This document shows positions 23,131 through 33,608 of a DNA stretch of 33,608 nt, one piece after another. The stretch lies in contig NC_068981.1 in the NCBI RefSeq assembly GCF_001194135.2, forward strand, positions 70,732,470 through 70,766,077, given 5' to 3'. Each line of letters begins with the position of its first letter. Positions within the stretch are counted from its first letter, which is position 1. A program made the translations under genes and the position numbers. Below the pieces are notes generated by a model, which saw nothing but the letters and a program-made list of their open reading frames with translations, was not told the DNA's origin and searched no databases. The DNA is from Octopus bimaculoides. Its lineage: Eukaryota.

Positions 23131-23697
23131 AATTCTTGGTATTCAAATAGCAAACTAAAAACGAGTGAGTCCAGAGAAAATACTCTTAAAATGAATGACT
23201 CGAATTAATTCAAATGGAAATCCTATCTTCCACATTTTATTCATCTTAATTAAATTCGTATAAAAAAATGTGCCGAATGAGTAGGAGATAAGCGATAACT
23301 AACATGAGCCACATCTAAATAAATGGTCTTAGATGATCACCTCAGTAATATATCGATAGTTGAGAGATCATAACCCAGAAAATGGATACGATTTTACAGA
23401 TGCGTTGAGGCACTAAATGCTCGTGGGCAATCTCGGAGCATCCACTTTGCAGAACGTAATCAGATGAGAGAACGATCAGAGACGTGTATCGCCCCGATCC
23501 TGTCAAATTTACGACTGCTCACCCTACCAAAAGTTGCGGTACCAGTTTGTATTTGTGTATACTAAACTTTATATTCTTTACAGCTTTGACAATCCACTCT
23601 ATGTAATAAATACCTGTGCGTTTTGACATGATTCTTGAACGGCCTGCTTTGTATCGTATAAAATGATCCTTCTGATGAATATACAACGGAAAAGAAT

Positions 23698-23787
23698 TAT
23701 CATCACAATTACTATCATCGTCACCAACATCATCATCTTCGTCGTCGTCGCCATCATCATTGTCATCATCATCATCACCATCATCAT
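23698..23787. repeat. Degenerate (CAT)n/(CGT)n microsatellite
   Basis: Read directly. Confidence 0.9.
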
Positions 23788-24120
23788 TTTTGTTGCAGTA
23801 AAGTGCTGACGTTCTTAATGTTGAAGTTTATAATACTGATTGACGCCGCATATCAAAGATATAATTTACTTCTTGATATTTATGCCCCTACAAATTACTC
23901 CTGTTGGCATTTACGTAATATACAGACACATACACTATATAAATGAAACCATTTCGATGCAATTACAAACGAAATGCAATGAAACGTTGCTATTTATGAA
24001 GACTTCGGTCTTTCTATGCTTCCATGAATACTCTCCACGTATTGTTGCTTTCTATCTTCTCGAACTTCCTTCTTTTTCCTCTATCTATCTCTGTACCTCT
24101 TCCTGTCTCTCATTTTGTGT

Positions 24121-24191
24121 GTGTATACATACATACATACATACATACATACATACATACATACATACATACATACATACATACATACACA
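24121..24191. repeat. (TACA)n microsatellite
   Basis: Read directly. Confidence 0.96.
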
Positions 24192-25306
24192 CAGCTAATC
24201 AAGCTTTTGAGATTTTTGAGATTTATTCTAGTTCACAACTTAGCATTATTTAGACGTTTGCTGTTGACAACATACTTTGCAAGAATCAAACATAGATTAA
24301 AGCATTACTTCAAAGTGGAGGCAACTTTCAATTCAGAACATTCTTCTAAAGAATGGATGTGTGCGATAATAGTTTTCTTAAGATCATTAATTGAAAGCAC
24401 TTTTTCTTTTTTTCTTTTTTTTTATAATACCTCAAGCTAGAAGGAAATTTTTCGATTTATTTCTAATTATAAAAATATGCTTTACGTATTTCATTCAGAA
24501 GCAATTGATGCATTCTTAAATATTTCATGATGATGCTTAATTGATTTATAAGATTATAATACTTAAGCTGAAAATTATTTGGATATGGGATCCACTCTTA
24601 TACATATATGTGTTGTGTGTGGATTTATATATCTATGTGTATGTAAGCTTATGCATGTTTGTGTGTTTTTACGTATGTGTGTTTAAGATTCAAGAATTTA
24701 AATGAAATGCAATTTGTGATTCTTCCTTAATATCTTTCTTGTGTAATTGAAAACGAAATTATGTTCCATTTTATCCAACTGAAAATTATTTAGCAAAGTA
24801 ACTGAAGGTTAATATATCAGACTTTAATCAGCAAATAACGTATAAACACCAACAGAAACATTAAGAAACAAAAACCACTGTAAATATAATTACACTAAAA
24901 ATATGAAGTATCATTCATTTAATGACACTTCCATGTAAATGAAGATGAAAGGAAGTGAAATTCGACGGGTTGGTGGGTAACTGCCAACTATCAGATGATG
25001 AGTATGTCTCAAGTATATCTGTGTTATCATCCATCACTGATAGACATAAATTCATTAAACACGGTATATTTTTTTATTTAGATGTATGACTTATGGTTCA
25101 GACGTTTTGCATCATGTTTTTTTTTAAGGTTTTTTCCATTCAATATAATTATGTTTTGCTTTACTGTAATACCTCTTCAATTCTAATGTTCAATGTTCAG
25201 TGCACTTGAGCAGTAGTTATTATTCGATAAACTACTCTTATGGATCATAATAGCCATAAATTAAATGCAGACAGCAATTTACATTATTTGTCCTCATCTT
25301 TATGCT

Positions 25307-25335
25307 AACACAACATTTCGGCTTCTTCGGGTGTT
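25307..25335 (-). ncRNA. Decayed minimal type I hammerhead ribozyme motif
   Basis: RNA 5'-AACAC CCGAAGA AGCC GAAA UG U U GUGUU-3'. Perfect 5-bp helix I (AACAC/GUGUU) brackets CUGANGA-like and GAAA cores. U4>C, helix II collapsed, ACGU palindrome changed to AUGU. Confidence 0.6.
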
Positions 25336-25396
25336 TTGGGGAAATTTCGAACCTGGGTTCTCATTCCTAAGGTATTTTATTATTATGATTATTGAT

Positions 25397-25476
25397 CAGG
25401 TTACTGCTTGGAATCGAACTAAGAATCTTGGTATTAGTAGCTCGCGCTCTTAACCACTACGCCATATGCCCGTGGG
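25397..25476 (-). ncRNA. tRNA-like Pol III head (not a functional tRNA)
   Basis: A box TGGCGTAGTGG (25464-25454) and B box AGTTCGATTCC (25420-25410), 33 nt apart. Anticodon-like loop CTACTAA; anticodon and acceptor stems do not pair well. Confidence 0.7.
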
Positions 25477-27569
25477 TAATTATGGATTGAATTGTAAGAC
25501 TTATAAACCTAATATTTTTCTTTCCTTCCATAATACCGGTTCCCATATGCTGCTCATATCTGCACTCGGTCTGCTTAAGAGGTTGTTATGTCCTAGCATA
25601 TGTGCTGCTTCTTTTAGTTTTCGTATTTTCCAGTGGTGTTCTCTGTCTATTATTTTAACTTCATCCGATTTATCAATATCTCCTCGTGTCACAGATTTGC
25701 GATGTTCGTCTACCCTTATTTTGAGAGGGCGACATGTTTCGCCTTTGAGTAACCTAACACAGCTGCATGGGATGCAGTACACGCAGTATTTGGTCATATT
25801 CTCTTCTATTGGTGGTTTTACTCGAAGGAGATATTTGCGAAGTGTTGTATTACTCTTGATCCAAAAGATACAAAAGATATGCGGCCCATATGACATCAGG
25901 ACAGTATTCAAGAGTAATTCAAGTGGAAAAATATGTTCAATCGATGGCTATTTACAAAAACAAAAAGAAGAATGAAAAAAAAAATCAATCAAAACAGTGT
26001 CGGCTATTTGCGAGACTATGCAAATTGTTACTTATATGTGTAGTAATAATAAAAATCTCATCCCGTCCCGCCGCCTCTCGAAGCTGATTGTACATAAATA
26101 TGTCTAGCATGCAAAGCGGGGTATCGTTACGATCATATTACGATGCTCTTCTTCTATTCTAAATACATATATTTACTTCACTTTCTATTCTCGTCACTGC
26201 CAATTCAAACACAATCCAGTAACCATTTCACGTACTTGGATTAAATATAATGATATGAATCTATTCGAGAGACCGATGTTGGATCCTCATAATCTTGGCT
26301 GGTAGGTAACATATCAGAATGATTGATATGTATTTACTTGGCGAGAGCCTCGTCAATGTTGGTCTCCAAGCACATTACGTCATTCTTTATCTTTATTTTG
26401 GAGATAAACGTTTTGCCATCTCAAAGCATTTTCACTGGTGACCGATTCATCATTTTGTGATATTAATTGCCGCAACAATTAAAGACATGATGTGCAAGAG
26501 TAAGGCGTATTACGTGGAGCTCTCCAAATACATGATGATATGATTGAATTTCATAAAATTATGAAAATATAAATCTTGTAGAAATGTATAAAACTCGTGA
26601 GATTATGCAAAATGTGTGAAACTATTTAAAACACAAGAAAATATAACGTGAAAATATTTATAATACGAGTCTTAGAATACGACAGTCAGTTTCCTTACAT
26701 ATTAAGTATTAAGTGACAGATTTATTGGAATTCAGCATAACAAATTTTGATCTTAATGAAAAACTATAATATTAACTGTCTGTTCAACTGCCTGAAGGCA
26801 GTTGACAAAGTGATTAAAATAAGGTTGCTGCAACAGATAATTGAAAGCACACTTGGACCCATGTGGGCTTAAATATGAAATGCATTCCGGTCGTAGCCAA
26901 AACGTCGTCTTTGTTTTTCAGTGAGTTACCTCGGGCCTCACCCTCCACTGTGTTCTTACGATTTAGAGATGGACGAGTATGACTTAAGAAGGCTTTGAGT
27001 GTTACATCTAGCAGAATGAGGAATGGTAAGGTCGCCCTCGTTTAAGTAGGACTTTGTAAATAAATGGCTTTTCGAAACTTTTGAGGAAGCGCAAGTGAGG
27101 AGGGAATATTGTGAAATGCATACCACTTTTATTCAGAGGCATAGATATATCCTAGGTTACAGTTAATCTAGGGAGTGAAGAAGTTAATTTAAGAAGCAAA
27201 ACTGTTATATGTATTCGCTTGTCATACGACGCAATTTAGTGCAGGTAAACAGAATCAGAATGTTGATAGATAACCAATCAATTTGAAGATACATGTTACT
27301 TACAACTTGGTAAAATACATTGAAATCTTTTTTTAAATTTCGAAAGCCAATATAGAATTCACAACGAAAGATTAGATTGATACAAGCAAGATTTTAAATC
27401 CAGCATAACAGCAGGCATTGGATACACACAAAAGCTCGTCAATATCTGTTTACTCTGGATTTAAAACATGATTTCAGGTAAATGTATAGTAGAGTATGTG
27501 TGCGTAAACATTTAATGGTGTACATTCATAAATAATGATATGAAATTGAAAAATAGAAATTGATAATTT

Positions 27570-27775
27570 AGGTACAAGGGCAGCAATTTTCGTGGGGTAT
27601 ATGTAGAGGAATAGTCGATAACGTCGCCCCCAACACTTGAATGGTGCTTTATTTTATCGACGTGCGAGGGATGAGAGGCAGATTTGACAACGGCGAGATT
27701 TGAATTCAGACTATAAAGAAGCGGAAAAAATACCGCAAGGTAGCCTGGCGCGCTAAAATTCGACAAGCACGCTGC
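27570..27775 (-). mobile_element. Diverged SINE (family of 14574)
   Basis: GGTACAAGGGCAGCAATTTT...GTCGATAAC...TTTTATCGAC...GGATGAGAGGCAGATTTGAC...GATTTGAATTCAG...ATACCGCAAGG...GGCGCGCTAA aligns with 14580-14785. Confidence 0.7.
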
Positions 27776-28439
27776 AACAGCAGGCATACAACTAGGATTA
27801 AATGCCAATATATATATATATATATATATANNNNNNNNNNNNNNNNNNNNNNNNNNNNNNNNNNNNNNNNNNNNNNNNNNNNNNNNNNNNNNNNNNNNNN
27901 NNNNNNNNNNNNNNNNNNNNNNNNNNNNNNNNNNNNNNNNNNNNNNNNNNNNNNNNNNNNNNNNNNNNNNNNNNNNNNNNNNNNNNNNNNNNNNNNNNNN
28001 NNNNNNNNNNNNNNNNNNNNNNNNNNNNNNNNNNNNNNNNNNNNNNNNNNNNNNNNNNNNNNNNNNNNNNNNNNNNNNNNNNNNNNNNNNNNNNNNNNNN
28101 NNNNNNNNNNNNNNNNNNNNNNNNNNNNNNNNNNNNNNNNNNNNNNNNNNNNNNNNNNNNNNNNNNNNNNNNNNNNNNNNNNNNNNNNNNNNNNNNNNNN
28201 NNNNNNNNNNNNNNNNNNNNNNNNNNNNNNNNNNNNNNNNNNNNNNNNNNNNNNNNNNNNNNNNNNNNNNNNNNNNNNNNNNNNNNNNNNNNNNNNNNNN
28301 NNNNNNNNNNNNNNNNNNNNNNNNNNNNNNNNNNNNNNNNNNNNNNNNNNNNNNNNNNNNNNNATATATATACATAGATTGATTATATTTATGTAAGTAT
28401 GTATGTATATCGTCCGTAGTTCATATGTCCGAAAAATAA

Positions 28440-29610
28440 GCAGACTGAAATATTAGAGTAGTAATATCTAGTGATCAATATTTCTTGCGGATGGCATTGC
28501 AAATAGCTTTAGGAACAACATCATGACGCATAGGGAGGTAGTACCTTAGGATTACAAGAGCGTCACTGTTTTTCTTGCTCACCAGGTATTTTGTGGCAAT
28601 CTCTTCTCTTTGGATTGCAAACACATAGCCTTCAAAGTGTGATGTAGTGGTCTTGTTTCCAGGAGAGGCTCCGCTTTGTGTCAATTCTACTGTCTTCTTC
28701 AAGCTTCCAGGCAACATACCCATGCATGGTCATTTTTGTGTATGCTGAGTGCTCTCCATCCGGGTCTTCTCTGAGGTAAGAGATCGCAATTGTTTTGAGC
28801 TGTATAGGAGATCATCAGGAAGAGATTGTTTCTTGAGGAGTTCACTGCCAACTCGTACAATATTGCTCACTTCACTTTTCAGCACTGCATTTATATATTT
28901 ATCTTTGGTGCAGTATTCGAAGGTTGCCTGCACTGATCTCAGGTCTCTACCACCTTCATTTCTTCTCAAGTAGAGCCTGTCAACATTACTATTTCTGTAT
29001 AAGTTCCCAGTAGTTGTCAGGATTTTGCGGGTTTTGATATCTATGGAGTGGATTTCCTCTACAGACCAATCAGGTATTCCAAATGTCGGGATCAGCATTG
29101 GTACTGCAAATGCATTGTGGATATTTTGTTGTAAGAGGAGAGTTCTGACATTTTCCTAAGTCTGGTGTAGTATTCTCGGGTCACTTTATCTTTATTTACA
29201 GTGCCTTCATACGATACATTTTCGTCTATGCCTATGTATTTGTAACATTCATTGTGTGGAATGGGTGAGTTAGAGAGATTGTTGATGCACAGGTTTTGGG
29301 TTTGGGGGACTGACTTACGTCGTTCTATAACCAAATCGGAATATTTCTTTTGGACAAATTACATGCCTGTATCAGTTGAAAATGTTATTTATTCCAGTTG
29401 TTTTTTGTGTTTTTCTTTTGGCATTGTTAACACTTTTAGCATAAATCTTCAGATCGTCTACAGAGAAATTATGAGTTACGTTGATATTTCTGGCAGTTGA
29501 AGATCCCAGCATGTAACCATTTGTTTGCAGCAGTAGGAACGATTATGGATTTAGTGCCAAAATGAAAAGAGGTGCAGAAAAACTATCTCCCTGGAATATT
29601 CCCTTTGTAG
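28440..29610 (-). mobile_element. R4/Dong-like RLE retrotransposon, RT C-half to zinc-knuckle region
   Basis: KGIFQGDSFSAPLFILALNP, YKYIGIDEN, SELSSYNK, LIPTFGIPDWSVEEIHSIDIKTRKILT, NVDRLYLRRNEGGRDL, EGYVFAIQREEIATKY, YYLPMRHDVV. Confidence 0.9.
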
Positions 29611-30455
29611 TGCCTATGTATGGATGTATGTATAGGTGCAGATTTGTATATTTTGCCTTATGTATGTATTCTTATGTATATAGCTGCATATCTAAACATG
29701 CTCATATATATTCAAATGATAAACTTCTGGAAAGTTTTACAGAATTTTACAGTTTCAATGATGAATTGGATCTCTAGCCTTCGAATTTGCTTTCGTATGT
29801 ATGTATGTATGTATGTATGAGTGTAATGCGTGTTCACTAGTATTTACGCGTGTGCATGTATATAGGTTATGTATTCACATGAGTAAAGATATGCATGTGC
29901 TTCTGTGTGTATCAAGAATGCGTGAGGGAATATGTACTTGCCTATGTGTCTTCTTTTCAATAGAAATGCTAATTAAAACTGACACAAGTGGGATTTGATC
30001 TCTGAAGATAAAGTAACTGTATTGGAAACAGCGAAATATTATGTCCAACGATCGACCAATTTGATCAACCATGACCTTAACATGCTGTAACTATTGTAAT
30101 AGTTTTAATGACGTGTAATAAAGTAGATATGGTAGACAGTTATGTTGTGTTTGGAGAATGTTCAATAATTTCATGTGTCAGACGGATGTTAATATATGAT
30201 ACCAGACTAAATATTTCCTATTCTTTCCAGACAGATTGCTAGGTAAGTAGTTGATGCTCTATAAGACCACCGCACATCGGAAAAATTACTAAACGTAACA
30301 ATGTCATTTCTCTAACGATATCATTTAATGTTAGAAACTTTGTTGGATGCATTTAACAAATATGTCTCCCAGAATATTATCCAAGTTAATTTTCGATTAC
30401 TCTTTTTTTTATTTATTTGAAATAAGAAATTCTTTGATACACACACATATCTATC

Positions 30456-30456
30456 T

Positions 30457-30541
<85 letters not shown>

Positions 30542-30616
30542 CTGATTGATTGATTGATTGATTGATCGATTGATCGATTGATCGATTGATAGATTGATTG
30601 ATCGATTGATTGATTG
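30456..30616. repeat. Compound tetranucleotide array (GATA)n>(GATT)n/(GATC)
   Basis: Read directly. Confidence 0.96.
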
Positions 30617-30650
30617 AAAACAGGAAAAACAGCATAAGTCAATTACACAT

Positions 30651-31031
30651 GTTGGCACTCCGTCGCTTACGACGTCGAAGGTTCCAGTTGATCCGATCAA
30701 CGGAACATCCTGCTCGTGAAATTAACGTGCAAGTGGCTGAGCACGCCACAGATACGTGTACCCTTAACGTAGTTCTCAGGGATATTCAGCGTGACACAGG
30801 GTGACAAGGTTGACCCTTCGAATTACAGGCACACCAGAAACAGGAAGTAAGAGTGAGAGAACGTTGTGGTGAAAGAGTACAGCAGGGTTCGCCACCATCC
30901 CCTGCCGGAGCCTCGTGGTGCTTTAAGTGTTTTCGCTCAATAAACACTCACAACGCCCGGTTTGAGGATCGAAACCGTGATCTTCTGACCGCGAGTCCGC
31001 GGCCCTAACCACTGGGCCATTGCGTCTCCAC
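30651..31031 (-). mobile_element. Full-length ~380-bp tRNA-derived SINE with perfect 11-bp TSD
   Basis: Minus strand: GTGGAGACGCAATGGCCCAGTGGTTAGGG (A box TGGCCCAGTGG), GGTTTCGATCC (B box). CAATTACACAT is repeated at 30640-30650 and 31032-31042. Paralog of 12056-12427. Confidence 0.95.
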
Positions 31032-31059
31032 CAATTACACATACACAGTGAATATTTTG

Positions 31060-33590
31060 GATTGAATCTCATTAAAAGTTTTAGATGAAAAGCTAAGAGT
31101 AGAAACGACGTTTCGAGCATGGCACTTTGTCGGATATAAAATTCAGCGAGGAGGAATAGAAGGGAGAAGCTAATAGTCCGTTGAACGTTTGTCGTTACAT
31201 GACCGGAAAATAACTGACAGCAAGCTCGAGAGAGATAGAGAATGTAGTTTTTGAAAGCAAGAAGGTGCAAAAACGGTCATTGTGTGAGAGTGTGGGGTAT
31301 ACTAGCTTGTGCGGAGTGTGTGTGTGCATATGTGTATGTATTTGTGTGTGTATATGTTTGTGTTTGCTTTTATGTGACTTTGTGCGTGACAGTGGATGTA
31401 GTTGGGTAATAATAATAGTGTGTTGCAGTAATAGGACTTAACATTAGTAGAACGTGGGGTCAAGAGGCTAGGTGATATGTGTTGGGATAGTAGGTGAGGG
31501 TTAGTGTGTGTGGGTATTAGTGTGCGTCTGTAGATGTGTATGTATGTGTCTCTGCGAAGGTGAGAATGTTTTGTGCGTGATTAAATATGTCAATAAGTGT
31601 GCGTGTATGCGTATGTGTGTATGAGTGTATGTATTAGAGTATGTGTGTGCCGCAGATGGGTATGTTGTGTGGGGGGTGTACATTATGTATGTAGGTGTGT
31701 GGAAGTGTTTGGAAGATAAGGAAGAGATGTTTGAAAGATAAGTAAGAGGGAAAAGCAGAGGAAAGGCGAATGAGAGTGAAGTTAATTGGAAGTTGTTACA
31801 AGACAGAAGTTTTTGCAAAAAGGACGTAGAATGTTAAGTCCAGACTATGAGTTCGTAATGTCACAATTCACCGTTGCTCCTTGCGTAGTTTGATGCTAGA
31901 AATTCCATGGTGTAAGGTCAAGCTGAAGACAGTGAAGTGGTAAGTGGAGTGGTTGGTCGGGCAGAAATGACAGGTGACAGAGGTATTTTTCTCGGAGGTG
32001 GATATCTCGTAAATGTTCTGTTGAAATTAATTTGTGGGCTGGTGAGCATACATAAATACCTGCAAAGGGTACATATGTGGTAATAGATGATGTTAAAAGA
32101 GACAAAGGAAGAGGAATCGCGGACGGGAATAGTGTGTTGGTTGGGTCCAGTGAAGGAGGTAACGTACGTGATTACTGGACAGGTATGGCATCGGAGTCTG
32201 GAGCAAGGGAACAATTCAAGACTGATGGGAGTTGGGAAGGAGTTATGGACCAGTAGTAGATCGCGTAGGTTTCAGGTGCATCTGAAGGAGAAGAGATGTG
32301 TTGGGGAGGGCCGCAGGATAGTATAGGAGAAGTTGGAGGGCCGTGGGGGTAGAGTGGCGAAAAAGGAGGAGAAAGGGAATGCAGTTGGGAGACGGGTGTG
32401 AAGAAAGAGAGAGGTTGATGAGCCACCAACTTGGCAGGCAGGAGTAAGGGAGGCAATGGAAAAGGTTAGACGGATAACCCACAAGTGAACAGACGGGCCA
32501 AGTATTGAGACTGAGTTTTAAAATCCTGATCACCGCATCACAGACATCGGAGACGGAGGAATTGGAAGTAGCGGATGCCCCGTTTGGTGTAAAAGGGTTG
32601 GGAGGAGGAAAGAAAGGTAGTGTTGGAAGTCAGCAGGTATCGAGGGAACCAATGGGGAGAGAGAGATGTCCAGAAAGTTGAGAGAGGTGTCGGAGATGAC
32701 AGAAGTAAACAAAAGAAAAAGGTGAAAAGTTAGACGTGAAACGAAAGAGATGAATTTATTAAGTTGTTCATGAGAGAGGACGGTCACTCCGATGACGGTG
32801 TGGTGAACTGAAAGGTTTTGGTATTCACATAACCAACAAATAAGTTGGCGAAGTTGAGGCCGATTCTCATTAACATGGCGAACCCAAATATACCTACTGA
32901 TAGACTTTATCCGCGAAGGCGAAGCAGGTGAGATAAGTTCACCGCTATCAGTTCACCGTGAAGAAAGTTTATCGTGAGGAACGTGCACCGCGAGGAAAGT
33001 TTACTGAGAAAATATATCCATAGTATCTTAACATTAATAGTTAAAAACTATTTCATTGAAAAGCAAAATGGATTGATGACGGTGAAATTTCCCTGCGGTA
33101 AATGCATAACAATGAACTTACCGGACATGGTAAGAACGAGTTCAACGAAGCGGAGAAGTGTAGATGTGCTGGGTTTGAGGACGGGGCGACGGTTGAGGAC
33201 GCTATAGAGGGCCACGAGGCCATCATTGTGGGAGAAGAGGAGTAGATCGATTTGATGTCCATTGTAAAGGTGAGGTGGAAGGGAAGGGGAGGGAAAGTGA
33301 TTTAAAAGGAGGGGGACATGATTGGTATCATAGATGAGGAACGGGATGGAAGCAGCTGAGCGGGAGAGAATGAAGTTCAGGTATTTCAGTGTGGCAGTTA
33401 CAAACAGAAGCTTTGAGGCTGCCAGGCTTGTTGGTTTGTGGATTTGGGAAATAAAATAAATGGTGGAGTTTGGATAATGAGGTGGGTGGCAGTAGAGAAG
33501 AGCGTAGAAGACGAGAGACGTGATCCTGGATGGTGGAGTATATGCGCTGCTAGTAGGAAGAGATTGGATCGGAGGGGAGGAGACCCTGTA
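31060..33590 (-). mobile_element. Penelope-like element (RT plus GIY-YIG, long low-complexity 3' region), decayed
   Basis: PNPQTNKPGSLKASVCNCHTE (PKIHK..PGRPIVS..NCPTE), YDTNH, MDIKSIY, GFAMLMRIGLNFANLFVGYV (G.AMG..GP..ANLF), LNFLDISL, NIIYYHICTLC, EHLRDI, RKEQR. Strongly pyrimidine-rich sense strand. ORF ends near 31830; (CA)-rich tract at 31270-31700. Confidence 0.85.
31107..31133 (-). ncRNA. Second decayed hammerhead ribozyme motif at a Penelope-like 3' end
   Basis: RNA 5'-CCGACAA A GUG CCAUG CUC GAAA CG U C-3'. GAAA, the ACGU palindrome and H17=C are intact; the CUGANGA box carries two substitutions; helix II is GUG/CUC with one mismatch; helix I does not pair. Confidence 0.45.
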
Positions 33591-33608
33591 TGTTTATATA
33601 TATATATA

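Larger units (their letters stand above)
25270..25918 (-). mobile_element. Penelope-like element 3' part: GIY-YIG ORF end plus 3' terminal region, with 5' inversion
   Basis: KSNTTLRKYL..VK; CVYCIPCSC...KGETCRPLKIRVDEHRK (GIY-YIG hairpin plus R/EH); DEVKIIDRE.HWKIRKLKEA; stop at 25501. The upstream IRTVFK segment is present inverted at 25868-25918. Confidence 0.88.

Noticed and set aside
25397-25476. Possible tRNA-Ser(ACT) gene
   Set aside because: The acceptor and anticodon stems do not pair, there is no long variable arm and no T-run terminator. Treated as a tRNA-derived promoter head.
26180-26530. Minus-strand peptide scraps faintly like GPCR TM3 (IGLSNRFISLYL)
   Set aside because: Multiple stops in all frames and no second convincing motif; indistinguishable from chance in AT-rich DNA.

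Overview
AT-rich, microsatellite-dense eukaryotic DNA with six assembly gaps (N at 472-481, 1006-1100, 6239-6945, 10099-10247, 16902-16979, 27831-28363). The SINE types and repeat mix look like a coleoid cephalopod such as Octopus; this is from pattern recognition, not a search. I recognise no host protein-coding exon. Decayed mobile elements dominate: one full-length mariner (22-bp perfect TIRs, TA TSD, D,D34D), a 210-bp foldback MITE nested in a SINE, a CR1-group LINE fragment, five R4/Dong-like RLE non-LTR fragments (three bounded by trinucleotide arrays), two Penelope-like (GIY-YIG) elements and about a dozen tRNA-derived SINE copies or fragments, several with readable TSDs. The most interesting spot is the Penelope-like copy at about 25270-25918. 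On the minus strand it runs: twin-priming-type 5' inversion, GIY-YIG ORF, tRNA-like Pol III A/B-box head, decayed minimal type I hammerhead ribozyme motif. The second Penelope-like copy also ends in a hammerhead relic. A repeat-poor stretch near 14.8-15.3 kb has a CRE/CCAAT cluster and a good splice donor, so it may be a promoter plus non-coding first exon.
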